Below are positions 55,370 to 64,000 of a DNA stretch of 64,000 bases, piece by piece; the stretch's first letter is position 1, and each line of letters opens with the position of its first letter. Below the pieces are notes generated by a model. It searched no databases. It worked only from the letters and a program-made list of their open reading frames with translations, and had not been told where the DNA came from. The DNA lies in the sequence record ON568341.1. One strand, 5' to 3'. Both the position numbers and the translations under genes were made by a program.

Positions 55370-55562
55370 ATGTCCATACTGTAACAGTACTCAATTAGCT
55401 CGTTTCCGTTTAGATTCAGACTGGGCGACTGGTGCTGGTGATTTCTTTCCTATTAATGATGATGCGGAATACACCGAAGAACAACTCAAAGATTTTGATA
55501 AATCATGGCGACCTGACATTGAGTGTATTTATTGCCTTAATTGTGAGCGTGTCCATGACTAA
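55362..55562 (+). CDS. Small Zn-ribbon protein
   Basis: CPYC...CLNC. Confidence 0.7.
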   Translation: MNKCPYCNSTQLARFRLDSDWATGAGDFFPINDDAEYTEEQLKDFDKSWRPDIECIYCLNCERVHD

Positions 55563-55818
55563 AGCTGAACTAATAGTTCATACATATAAAATGATATCAA
55601 GTACTGAGTCTTCGTATAGTGAAGATAATCCGGTACTGGATTATTTTGTTGAATTATTGAAAGAGCATTATATTGGTAAATCACTGATTCTCAATAATAT
55701 TAATTTCACGGTAAAGGATGTAGCACCTGGAAAAAACATACTAATAGTATGTGTTACTTCATCTGATAACCCAGTATACCCAATATCAATAATTTTTGAG
55801 ATATTAGGAGATTTATGA
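55555..55818 (+). CDS. Late small-protein family
   Basis: IVHTYKMI...HYIGKSLI; start corrected. Confidence 0.7.
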   Translation: MTKAELIVHTYKMISSTESSYSEDNPVLDYFVELLKEHYIGKSLILNNINFTVKDVAPGKNILIVCVTSSDNPVYPISIIFEILGDL

Positions 55819-56105
55819 ATATCATTTTAATGCAGAAAACATATGCTATATTGGTGAAAGATTATTCCATTACTTTCGATTTACAAGAAAGTGCTCTGCA
55901 TAACCTATACAAAAACGTAACACAAGAATACAGAAATATGTTTTCTGACTTAGTAGTAGGAAGGTATTTCAGAACTAGAAAATACCCAAAACTTCAAATA
56001 GTTGATGTTTCTTTTTATTTCAATGGTCATATTACTATTCATAGTTTAGACCAAGATTCAACAACGTACTTAAACTTTTCATTTGATGAGGTAACATTTT
56101 TATGA
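55815..56105 (+). CDS. Late small-protein family
   Basis: MQKTYAILVKD. Confidence 0.7.
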   Translation: MNIILMQKTYAILVKDYSITFDLQESALHNLYKNVTQEYRNMFSDLVVGRYFRTRKYPKLQIVDVSFYFNGHITIHSLDQDSTTYLNFSFDEVTFL

Positions 56106-56278
56106 GAACAGTATTTTTTATCTGGAGTCTTTTTTCATTGGCAGTACTGACAGTATGTGGGATTTGTTTCCTTTCATCAATTAATACTTGGTATATCAAT
56201 TTACTATTTCCATTTGTCGGTGTTGGTTTAGGGTTTACTTTGCATAGTGTATGTAAGGATTACAATGAGAACAAATGA
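56102..56278 (+). CDS. Small two-TM membrane protein (58 aa, not in the track)
   Basis: ATGA overlap, SD GAGGT, two hydrophobic segments. Confidence 0.65.
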   Translation: MRTVFFIWSLFSLAVLTVCGICFLSSINTWYINLLFPFVGVGLGFTLHSVCKDYNENK

Positions 56279-56543
56279 AGTACTTATTGCTGAAACAATG
56301 AAGATGATTTACAATATCACGTCAGCACAGAATATGCCCTATCCAACTAAGTCTTTATTGAGGACTGTGTATCTGGGGATAGTACAGGAGTACTACAAAT
56401 CCAAGCACCTAAGCATTATTAGTGTTTATCGTGATTATGAAAGGATTCGTATTTTATTCTGGAACAAGAATCGAGTACGTTCTGAATGTGACCTAGTGGA
56501 CTTTAAATTAGAGAATCTTTATTGCTATAAACAGGGACAATAG
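56265..56543 (+). CDS. Late small-protein family (divergent)
   Basis: IAETMKMIYNI. Confidence 0.65.
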   Translation: MRTNEVLIAETMKMIYNITSAQNMPYPTKSLLRTVYLGIVQEYYKSKHLSIISVYRDYERIRILFWNKNRVRSECDLVDFKLENLYCYKQGQ

Positions 56544-56601
56544 TTTAATTCATGATATAATAATGGGTAAGGAACAATAATTAACACAAGGAGTGTGTGA
56601 A

Positions 56602-57330
56602 ATGCTTGACCGTATCCGTTTCGCTACAGAGATGGCGAATGAATTAAACATGGCAAATTTCCAAATGTTAACATCAGTAATGGCTGAACATGCATGTGCT
56701 TATTCTGTAAGTGGTGTGCAGTGTGGTCAGGAGAATATGTTAGCAGATGTTTATAGTGAAGTGCAAAGTAAGCAATATAGTGTAAAGACATATAAGGATA
56801 AGTTTGTTAGTCTTTATATGAACGAAGATATTGCCGAAGACCGTAAATTCACTGATTTTATTATTGAACGCCGAGTATCAGGTGTATCTAATCCTAATGC
56901 ATCAAGCGAGGAAGTTTTTGCAGAAGTACTGAAAGATATATACGAAAATGAATTAAAAAGTAAGAATCATTACAATGTACGTGAAACTAACACAGTGCTC
57001 TTGGGATATGATGAAGACGAAGAATACTATTATTTTCGTATGACTGAAGTTCCTTTTGAATACAAATCTCCATATACAACTACAGTGAAAGAATTTACTG
57101 AAAAAAGTAAAAACTTCATGAAGCATGAAGGAAATCGTTGTAGTATAAATGGTTATGACGAAAATGGCATTCACATTTATGAATGGGTTCACCCAAATTG
57201 TCAGACATACACTCGTTGCTTGAAAAAACGTTATAATTTAGAAGAGCATGAATCATTCTATTTTAAAGTTAAGAAGCAAGGTTATACTCGCCCCGCCGAT
57301 TCTGAATTGATGGGTATGATATATTTCTAA
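56602..57330 (+). CDS. Hypothetical protein (242 aa)
   Basis: Extended -10 promoter upstream, SD AAGGAG. Confidence 0.75.
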   Translation: MLDRIRFATEMANELNMANFQMLTSVMAEHACAYSVSGVQCGQENMLADVYSEVQSKQYSVKTYKDKFVSLYMNEDIAEDRKFTDFIIERRVSGVSNPNASSEEVFAEVLKDIYENELKSKNHYNVRETNTVLLGYDEDEEYYYFRMTEVPFEYKSPYTTTVKEFTEKSKNFMKHEGNRCSINGYDENGIHIYEWVHPNCQTYTRCLKKRYNLEEHESFYFKVKKQGYTRPADSELMGMIYF

Positions 57331-57340
57331 GGAAACTTCT

Positions 57341-57622
57341 ATGGATTTTTATCTACACACATGGACATACGAACAATATATTACATTATATCTTGAAATT
57401 ATTAACACAGAACCTAGGTGTGGTTGTTGGTTCGCAGATATCATAAAAGAGTATGCTGACGAGTTCGAGTTTGTGTATCTTGGGTCTGATATATTTGTAA
57501 AAAGTGTAGGTAAAACCGGACGAATCACTGATATAGATTACGACACTGTTAGTGTCAATTTCTATGTTGATTTTCCTGATGCTGGCGTTGATGGTGTATA
57601 TTGTCTTTATGAAATAATTTAA
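57341..57622 (+). CDS. Late small-protein family (divergent)
   Basis: HTWTYEQYITL; terminator at 57629-57653. Confidence 0.65.
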   Translation: MDFYLHTWTYEQYITLYLEIINTEPRCGCWFADIIKEYADEFEFVYLGSDIFVKSVGKTGRITDIDYDTVSVNFYVDFPDAGVDGVYCLYEII

Positions 57623-57666
57623 ATTCTTAGGCCAGCGTTTGCTGGTCTTTTTTCGCAGGTACAAAG

Positions 57667-57969
57667 ATGTTCAGTATAGATTTAATTAACAGTACTATCA
57701 AAATGTTGGCTGATTTGGTGAGACAATCCAATGGAACTTTATATCCATCAATGTATAAAATGTTTGACCGATACATCAAGGATTGTAACATATCATTATA
57801 TGGACTTGCTGTTGATATAGACGATTACTATGGAATTAATACTTCATATGAAAGAGGAATTTTGATTGGTATTAATATAAAGATGGGATATTATCCTTAT
57901 TACTGTATAGGATTACCAGATAATACTTTTGTAGAATATCCAGCCAGTACTATTAAATTAAGAGGATAA
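57667..57969 (+). CDS. Late small-protein family (divergent)
   Basis: LINSTIKMLADL. Confidence 0.65.
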   Translation: MFSIDLINSTIKMLADLVRQSNGTLYPSMYKMFDRYIKDCNISLYGLAVDIDDYYGINTSYERGILIGINIKMGYYPYYCIGLPDNTFVEYPASTIKLRG

Positions 57970-57976
57970 AACTAAA

Positions 57977-58555
57977 ATGAATGTATTAGAATTAAGTACT
58001 AAGCTGATTAGTATGCGTAATGAGTGGTACGATTGGTTTTATAATGGTACTGATATGGATTTTTCAAAATATCCATTTATGGAATCAGGATGTGATGCAA
58101 GATACCGCTGGTTGAGCAAAGATTGTTCTGGTTTACATATTCTAGTTGACGATAGTGGTCAGGGAATTATAAAAGATTTACTTCAAGTTGAACAACTCGT
58201 CCATGATAATTGGTGTGATAACGATCCATACCTTGGAAATATGATTTATGTAAGTGAAGATGATTGCATATTCGTTATCCAGCGTCATGGTAATTCTATG
58301 TTTTATGTAGCAGATAGCAGTACTCCAGAAGGTGCAGCAGCCGATGGACTTATGCCTAAGATTGATATATTGGAATTTGGATTACCTGAGCACTTCCAGA
58401 TTAGTACTTTATACGATATTCCACCACTTGAGTTCTTTGAAGAATTTAAATTGTACTACAATGATCTTCAAAAATTGAGTACTGATCGACGCATTGAAAT
58501 AACTGTTAAGTACATGGACGGAACGAAATTAACTGATACGGGGATAGAATTTTGA
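57977..58555 (+). CDS. FQ-motif family protein (outlier)
   Basis: LPEHFQISTLYD. Confidence 0.75.
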   Translation: MNVLELSTKLISMRNEWYDWFYNGTDMDFSKYPFMESGCDARYRWLSKDCSGLHILVDDSGQGIIKDLLQVEQLVHDNWCDNDPYLGNMIYVSEDDCIFVIQRHGNSMFYVADSSTPEGAAADGLMPKIDILEFGLPEHFQISTLYDIPPLEFFEEFKLYYNDLQKLSTDRRIEITVKYMDGTKLTDTGIEF

Positions 58556-59241
58556 TTAAAGATTTAGATAGAATTTTATATGTACTAAGGGGTGTAATTA
58601 CATTACATCCACAAATCAATCGAATTGAAAGTACATTTCAGTTGGAGTCAAGAGAAACTCCATATTCACATATATCAAATGTAGTTGGTTCACTCAGTAC
58701 TGAAGACTCGTCTTACGATATTTGTGTATGTGAAGTACAACCAAGTTCGGATCTTGGATTTGCTATTTTTGATAAAGATCAAAATCTCATTAGTATGTTT
58801 CAGTGCAATAATCCTTTTTGGAAAACATGCCTGTATCCAGAGTGGGCTATGCTTGATCCAACCAAGAGTACCATTAAAGTTTATGACTCTAAAAATGATG
58901 AAGTCGTTATTGATTTGGATGAGTCAATGTCAGAGGAAGAACACTTTCAGCTAATGATGATGCGTGCTATGCCGGAATACAATGCAATGATTAACACTGT
59001 GCAATACATTAAGGATACCATGCCAGCGTTGCGTACACATGAGTTTTGTCATCCGGTATTGTATGAACATCTAGATTTAGACTTCAGTACTATTAAATTT
59101 AAAGATAGTGTTAAAAAATATATTCAAGAGAATGTTAAATTTGATTTTATTAGTACTATGAACAATAATCCAAAAACTAATTTTAGGCATCAGTACAATG
59201 AATCTTTGTCTAATGGACGTGATACCAGTTGGTGGAAATAA
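58552..59241 (+). CDS. FQ-motif family protein (outlier)
   Basis: SEEEHFQLMMM. Confidence 0.7.
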   Translation: MIKDLDRILYVLRGVITLHPQINRIESTFQLESRETPYSHISNVVGSLSTEDSSYDICVCEVQPSSDLGFAIFDKDQNLISMFQCNNPFWKTCLYPEWAMLDPTKSTIKVYDSKNDEVVIDLDESMSEEEHFQLMMMRAMPEYNAMINTVQYIKDTMPALRTHEFCHPVLYEHLDLDFSTIKFKDSVKKYIQENVKFDFISTMNNNPKTNFRHQYNESLSNGRDTSWWK

Positions 59242-59242
59242 T

Positions 59243-59506
59243 ATGAATATTCAAGATAGATTACAATTACTGTACACACTTGAACAGGCTGCTTATGATC
59301 TTGTTCGAAAAATCTCAGATGAACTACCTAAAGGAACTAAAGTTCGTGTACGTGAGATGAATTATTTTTCTGGAGTAATTGAAGAACAAGTACTAACAGT
59401 GAATAAAGTAACATACTATGAATCTGAGTTGTCTATTCAGTGTGAATCTGATGATGGATTAATATCATATTATGGAACTGATGTAGATATAGAGGTAATA
59501 AAATGA
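59243..59506 (+). CDS. Small helix plus beta-barrel-like protein
   Basis: ELPKGTKVRV; start corrected. Confidence 0.7.
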   Translation: MNIQDRLQLLYTLEQAAYDLVRKISDELPKGTKVRVREMNYFSGVIEEQVLTVNKVTYYESELSIQCESDDGLISYYGTDVDIEVIK

Positions 59507-60645
59507 CCCTTTTGCAAATATATGAAGATTTAATGCACTTATGTAATACAAACGATGCATTCTTTTATGTGGATCATAAAAGTCCTGCTGGTGGCACGTA
59601 TCGTGTATTCAGTTATCGCCTAGCATCATACAATGATTTCATGCAACCAAATGCACTAGAAACCCGTGGCTCTATGTGGGAAATTGATGAAGAAGGTAAT
59701 ATGATTCGTTGTGCTGCTCGTACTATGAAAAAGTTCTTCAATGCTTACGAGAATCCTGCTACAATGTTCCCTGCTAACACCACATGCGATGACATTGCGG
59801 TAGTGATGCCTAAATTAGATGGTTCAGTGATCAGTACTTACCGTGATAATGATGGTGAGATTCGTTGTAAATCACATACTGCATTGTATTCTGACCATGC
59901 GATTAACAGTACTCGACTTATTAACGAAAACCAGAATTTGTATCAGTACATCGACGAAGCTGAACGTTTAGGTTACACAGTTAATATGGAGTATACAAGC
60001 CCAGAGTACCGAATTGTATTACCATATCAGGTAGAACAACTGTTTGTATTGAACGTTCGTCATCGTGTGAGTGGTGAGTTGCTATGTGGTAAAGCACTAC
60101 GTGATAAGTTTCCATGTCTTGCACAGTACAGCACTAACATGACAGGCCAAGATATTCATCACACTTTTCCTGTACGAAATACATTCCGTGAAAGTGTTGA
60201 TGAAGTTCATAAAATGCTTGATATTGAGGGGTTTGTGTGCATCTTAAATAATGGGACAATGTGTAAAATAAAGACTGACTGGTACAGTTCATTACATCTT
60301 ACAAAAGATAGTATTATTATTGATTCTCATTTATATGAAGCTGTATTAAATGGTTCAAGTGATGATTTAAAACAATTGTTCAGTACTGATGAATATGCTA
60401 TGCAAAAGATATTAAGAATGGAACAGTTGGTTTTTTCGTGCTATAATGCATTACAAGATGAAGTAGAAAGCTTCGTCAATGAACACAAGCACTTAGAGCG
60501 AAAGGAATTCGCATTGAAGGTTCAGTCGTGTTTATCTAGTGAACTGAATCGTCAGGGCTTGGCATTTGCAATGTATAATAATAAGAAAGTTGATTATAAA
60601 GATACTCTTATCAAATACATGAAAATTATACTAAAAGATTTTTAG
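59503..60645 (+). CDS. rnlA: RNA ligase 1 (T4 Rnl1-like)
   Basis: KFFN, motif I KLDGS, EYTSP..RIV, EGFV and KIKTDWY nucleotidyltransferase motifs; 380 aa. Confidence 0.95.
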   Translation: MTLLQIYEDLMHLCNTNDAFFYVDHKSPAGGTYRVFSYRLASYNDFMQPNALETRGSMWEIDEEGNMIRCAARTMKKFFNAYENPATMFPANTTCDDIAVVMPKLDGSVISTYRDNDGEIRCKSHTALYSDHAINSTRLINENQNLYQYIDEAERLGYTVNMEYTSPEYRIVLPYQVEQLFVLNVRHRVSGELLCGKALRDKFPCLAQYSTNMTGQDIHHTFPVRNTFRESVDEVHKMLDIEGFVCILNNGTMCKIKTDWYSSLHLTKDSIIIDSHLYEAVLNGSSDDLKQLFSTDEYAMQKILRMEQLVFSCYNALQDEVESFVNEHKHLERKEFALKVQSCLSSELNRQGLAFAMYNNKKVDYKDTLIKYMKIILKDF

Positions 60646-60672
60646 TACTAACTAGCCTAAGCACAAGGAGAA

Positions 60673-60930
60673 GTGATGGCTAAACCTAAGTATAAAAATG
60701 ACGGTTCCCTTTCTCCAACTGAGTTCAGGAAAATACAACAAGAAATCGATGAATTACAGCACAAACGCTCAATGAAAGGTGTGAAGATAAGTAAGAAGAG
60801 AATCGAGAATACTTTCGGATGTAGTAGTACTGAATATAAGAAGAAAAGGAAACCGAAGGGTGTTAAGCCGAGAATACATGATGTAACTCGCTATACATCA
60901 AAACGTGAAAATAAATTTGATCCACTATAA
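60673..60930 (+). CDS. Basic hypothetical protein
   Basis: SD AAGGAG. Confidence 0.7.
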   Translation: MMAKPKYKNDGSLSPTEFRKIQQEIDELQHKRSMKGVKISKKRIENTFGCSSTEYKKKRKPKGVKPRIHDVTRYTSKRENKFDPL

Positions 60931-60939
60931 GGAGTTCAT

Positions 60940-61170
60940 ATGAAAGTTGAAGTTCAGCATAGTATTGTTCAAGATATGTCTGTAGTTAAATTTCTTTCAT
61001 TAAAAGATTACTTTAGATGTATCAAGTTCCTAGAAGAATCTCATTTAAAATGGACTCCATTAAAGTACAGTTCATCCAAAGACACTGCTAGTATTCGTTG
61101 TGATGAAGCTGTACTCGTAAAAATCTCTAAAAGATTTGGGATAGGTAAAGTGAATGAGCACAGTAAATGA
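60940..61170 (+). CDS. Hypothetical protein
   Basis: SD AAGGAG. Confidence 0.7.
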   Translation: MKVEVQHSIVQDMSVVKFLSLKDYFRCIKFLEESHLKWTPLKYSSSKDTASIRCDEAVLVKISKRFGIGKVNEHSK

Positions 61171-61408
61171 ACTAAAATACTACAACAAAATTGCGGATAC
61201 GTTTATTACTCATTTATATGAAGAATTCAGTAGTATCCGCAAGGAATATACAGGTAAATGTATTTTATATAGTTCTTATCTTAGTGGAAGAATTGAACGT
61301 GCTTACATTACTAAAGTGAAGTTTTCTGATGATTATCAATTACTATTTGAATTGGATGATTGTTTAGTCATTGAAGCTGATTTAATAGTAGATGTGCTGA
61401 ACAATTGA
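61154..61408 (+). CDS. Small helix plus beta-barrel-like protein
   Basis: KEYTGKCIL. Confidence 0.7.
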   Translation: MSTVNELKYYNKIADTFITHLYEEFSSIRKEYTGKCILYSSYLSGRIERAYITKVKFSDDYQLLFELDDCLVIEADLIVDVLNN

Positions 61409-61414
61409 GGACAT

Positions 61415-61729
61415 ATGAATAAAGAACTTGCATATAAGGGTATCGAAAAGCTAAAGTTCGTTGAAAAGGAACTAATAGAATCAGTTGAAACAATGGTTGA
61501 AGATTACGTTTTTGATTTTAAGAAAACATTAATTGGATGTAAAGTCAAATGCTGGGATCATACCATTAGAGAATGGTTCAGTGCTATAATTCTTGATGTT
61601 AAAGTATCTCGAACTGGTATTGGTAACTTAGTAAATGGTGAATGCTTTGTATACACTGAATACAATAACGGTACAAGACACCTTTCAAAAGGATGGCACA
61701 ATCTCGAAGATGTAGAATTCATTGAGTAA
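61415..61729 (+). CDS. Small helix plus beta-barrel-like protein
   Basis: KTLIGCKVKC. Confidence 0.7.
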   Translation: MNKELAYKGIEKLKFVEKELIESVETMVEDYVFDFKKTLIGCKVKCWDHTIREWFSAIILDVKVSRTGIGNLVNGECFVYTEYNNGTRHLSKGWHNLEDVEFIE

Positions 61730-61741
61730 CAAGGAGTAATA

Positions 61742-62674
61742 ATGCCAACTATCACCTTAACAATTGGGTTGCCTGGGTGTGGTAAAACTACATGGGCAGT
61801 GCAAGAGATTAAAAACGCCAAATCTAAGACTATCAACATCAACCGTGATGATATTCGTGAATCTATGGCGGGGTCACATGATGCTTACAAATTCAACGAT
61901 GCTAATGAGCAGTACGTAACTACTTTACAGTTCAGTGCAGCAAATTTAGCAGCAGAGAATGGTTGGAACATCATCATATCCGATACGAACCTTAAACAAC
62001 ATTTCCGTGATCTCTGGAAAGTATGGGCTAAAGATAATGATTATGATTACAAAGAAAAGAACTTCTATGATGATTTTGTACCTAATGAAGACCGTGGTGC
62101 AGATGTTCATGAATTCTTTAAGATTAAAGAGTTCGTAAAACTTTGTAAGAAATATAACCGCCAGCGTGAGCGTTCAGTACAAGATAATATCATTGATACG
62201 ATGGCAGATACTTACTATTATAGTAAAGCAATGCACATTGGTTACTATGGTAATTCAAGAGAAGCCTCTGTTATCGTTGATATCGACGGAACTCTTGCTC
62301 ATAAATGGGGTCGTAATCCTTACGATGAAAGTACTGTACTACAAGATACACCAGATGAAGAAGTTATTTTGTCTATTATCGCTGAAGCAGTTTTCCATAA
62401 ACGTAAGATTATTGTAATGAGTGGGCGTACTGAAGGGTGTCGTGCAGACACAGAACAGTGGCTTAAGAATTGGGGTGTTCCTTACGATGCATTGTTTATG
62501 CGAGGCATCGATGATAAACGACCCGATGATGTGGTAAAATATGAGTTGTATATGAATAACGTCGTGCATCATTACGATGTTAAAAAAGTATACGATGACA
62601 GATCACAAGTCGTATTCATGTGGCGTAAACTACTTGGATTAAAAGTGATGCAAGTTGCAGAAGGAAATTTCTGA
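61742..62674 (+). CDS. pseT: Polynucleotide 5'-kinase/3'-phosphatase
   Basis: P-loop GLPGCGKT, RDDIR, HAD motif DIDGT, SGR, RPD..VK and DDR. Confidence 0.95.
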   Translation: MPTITLTIGLPGCGKTTWAVQEIKNAKSKTININRDDIRESMAGSHDAYKFNDANEQYVTTLQFSAANLAAENGWNIIISDTNLKQHFRDLWKVWAKDNDYDYKEKNFYDDFVPNEDRGADVHEFFKIKEFVKLCKKYNRQRERSVQDNIIDTMADTYYYSKAMHIGYYGNSREASVIVDIDGTLAHKWGRNPYDESTVLQDTPDEEVILSIIAEAVFHKRKIIVMSGRTEGCRADTEQWLKNWGVPYDALFMRGIDDKRPDDVVKYELYMNNVVHHYDVKKVYDDRSQVVFMWRKLLGLKVMQVAEGNF

Positions 62675-62677
62675 CAC

Positions 62678-62705
62678 AAAAGGGATCAATGTATGATCCC
62701 TTTTT
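62678..62705 (+). terminator. Rho-independent terminator
   Basis: AAAAGGGATCA...TGATCCCTTTT. Confidence 0.8.
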
Positions 62706-62723
62706 CTTTTAAGGTATATTATA

Positions 62724-62900
62724 ATGAATGTAAAAACACAGATGTTATTACAAAAAGAATACTTAGAAAATATAGAAATGTTCTATAGATTGTCTTTATA
62801 CGAAAATAAACATAAAAAATATAACTTTTCTAAACAACTAACCACAAGTACTAATGATTATCTATTTTCATCAATGTTTTATGTGAGAGGTTTATTATAA
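62724..62900 (+). CDS. Hypothetical protein (58 aa, not in the track)
   Basis: SD AAGGT; TAATG overlap with the next gene. Confidence 0.55.
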   Translation: MNVKTQMLLQKEYLENIEMFYRLSLYENKHKKYNFSKQLTTSTNDYLFSSMFYVRGLL

Positions 62901-63157
62901 TGGATAAATTTCACACAGATATAACACAGATAGGTAATCTTATCAATAGTCTAATTACTGATTTAGAAGAAAAGTACTTAGGTCGAAATGTATACGTTGA
63001 AATGTATGAAACATATGGTGTTATTGATATGATTTATTACAGTGCATTGAAGTGTGAAATACGTTTAACAGTATGTTTGTTTGAAAAAGATACATTCAAC
63101 AGAAGTACTGCAATTCGTCAGGTTGGTGTAGATGACATTGAATTATATGAGGAATAA
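62900..63157 (+). CDS. Small helix plus beta-barrel-like protein
   Basis: EKYLGRNVYV. Confidence 0.7.
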   Translation: MDKFHTDITQIGNLINSLITDLEEKYLGRNVYVEMYETYGVIDMIYYSALKCEIRLTVCLFEKDTFNRSTAIRQVGVDDIELYEE

Positions 63158-63411
63158 TGATGTTTGAACAGGACGTAGAGCTATTCAAAAGACATATTGA
63201 ATATTTGACTGTTTTAGAGAATGATTTAACCACAAAATACAAAGGAATTAGAGTCCAGTGTTGGTATGATGACTGGGATTATAAAAGGGAACTTACTATT
63301 GACCGAATTTATTTCAGTGATGGTGTACTGAATGTACATGGTGTAAATGATTTTGGTCATTCATATACATATTCTAATAATGCTAAATTTAAAAGGATCT
63401 GCAATGAATGA
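63157..63411 (+). CDS. Small helix plus beta-barrel-like protein
   Basis: TKYKGIRVQC. Confidence 0.7.
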   Translation: MMFEQDVELFKRHIEYLTVLENDLTTKYKGIRVQCWYDDWDYKRELTIDRIYFSDGVLNVHGVNDFGHSYTYSNNAKFKRICNE

Positions 63412-63706
63412 ATATTATCATAATTTATTCGATTACATAAAACTAATAGATGATCTTTCTTTTGAATTTCTCAGTACTGAAAAAGTTGATGAACCTCTCT
63501 ATTATGATTGTATTAGTTCACTGTGTTTAGATGAAAAAGAGATATTAGCAAATAACTTACCATCCACGGTCTGTGTAATCAATGGTTCCAAGGCTGTGGT
63601 GTCTGAGGTTAATTTTCATAAATCACTTAATACAATTGTTTACAAGTTCGATAACACTTGGTTTAATCACGTAACTAGTAATATTAAATCTGTGAGATTT
63701 TTATGA
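63404..63706 (+). CDS. Hypothetical protein
   Basis: SD AAGGA; start corrected. Confidence 0.65.
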   Translation: MNEYYHNLFDYIKLIDDLSFEFLSTEKVDEPLYYDCISSLCLDEKEILANNLPSTVCVINGSKAVVSEVNFHKSLNTIVYKFDNTWFNHVTSNIKSVRFL

Positions 63707-63999
63707 ATATAAAAAAATTATTTGAACAAGTAAATTTATTGTACTTGTGTTCAGACGGCTCAGATAAGGAATATAGTGAAGTTTATTTAGAACTATTTAG
63801 AACTGAAATACATCTAATTCGAAGATACCTAATTGATAACAAAACTGAAGTAAAAGTTAGATACCATAATGGTACTTTAAAGAATGGTATAATTATTGGA
63901 TTGATAGTTACAAGAATGTCCAGTAATATTAAAGTTGCAGTAAGATTAATGACTGATGATGGTGTCTACACAATAGAAGCTAATGAGATTATATATTAA
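63703..63999 (+). CDS. Late small-protein family (divergent)
   Basis: LFEQVNLLY...ELFRTEIHLIRRYL. Confidence 0.65.
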   Translation: MNIKKLFEQVNLLYLCSDGSDKEYSEVYLELFRTEIHLIRRYLIDNKTEVKVRYHNGTLKNGIIIGLIVTRMSSNIKVAVRLMTDDGVYTIEANEIIY

Positions 64000-64000
64000 A

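Noticed and set aside
1747-62572. Minus-strand ORFs and short alternative-frame + ORFs in the track (e.g. 1747, 5871, 10962, 26338, 47002, 28716, 30203, 58685)
   Set aside because: They shadow well-supported + strand genes and lack SD or promoter support; all promoters and terminators found face +.
1-64000. tRNA or tmRNA genes
   Set aside because: The GTTC(G/A)AATC-like hits (e.g. 22088, 24901) lie within ORFs and have no cloverleaf context.

Overview
AT-rich, gene-dense bacteriophage DNA in which essentially every credible gene over all 64 kb lies on the + strand. It most likely comes from an enterobacterial jumbo myophage of the RaK2/GAP32/CBB/121Q type; this is inferred from composition, gene content and Chi sites, not from a database search. 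The window has four zones. (1) 1-13.65 kb is an early, host-takeover region with about 40 small genes. Nearly every gene has its own strong sigma70 promoter and a 5' stem-loop leader. It includes an H-NS-like protein with an altered DNA-binding loop, a TraR/DksA-like protein, a GNAT and a protein kinase. It also holds eight same-strand Chi sites and four copies of a non-coding terminator/promoter/small-RNA cassette. (2) 13.87-21.2 kb is a tandem array of about 28 roughly 70-aa paralogues sharing an LGTNYQE motif, with two more at 32.5 kb. (3) 19.5-47 kb, plus outliers, contains about 45-50 highly divergent proteins sharing an acidic-FQ-x-S-(L/T)-hydrophobic motif near the C-terminus, interrupted by a probable ADP-ribosyltransferase. 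(4) 47-64 kb contains a GIY-YIG-like ORF, a roughly 730-nt structured non-coding region with a perfect 55-bp duplication, a MORN protein, an m6A methyltransferase, a nucleotidyltransferase, a third small-protein paralogue family, RNA ligase 1 and polynucleotide kinase/phosphatase. The palindrome AGTACT is about 10-fold over-represented in the segments counted by hand and sits at fixed positions in the early promoters. No tRNA, CRISPR array, reverse transcriptase, integrase or transposase was recognised.
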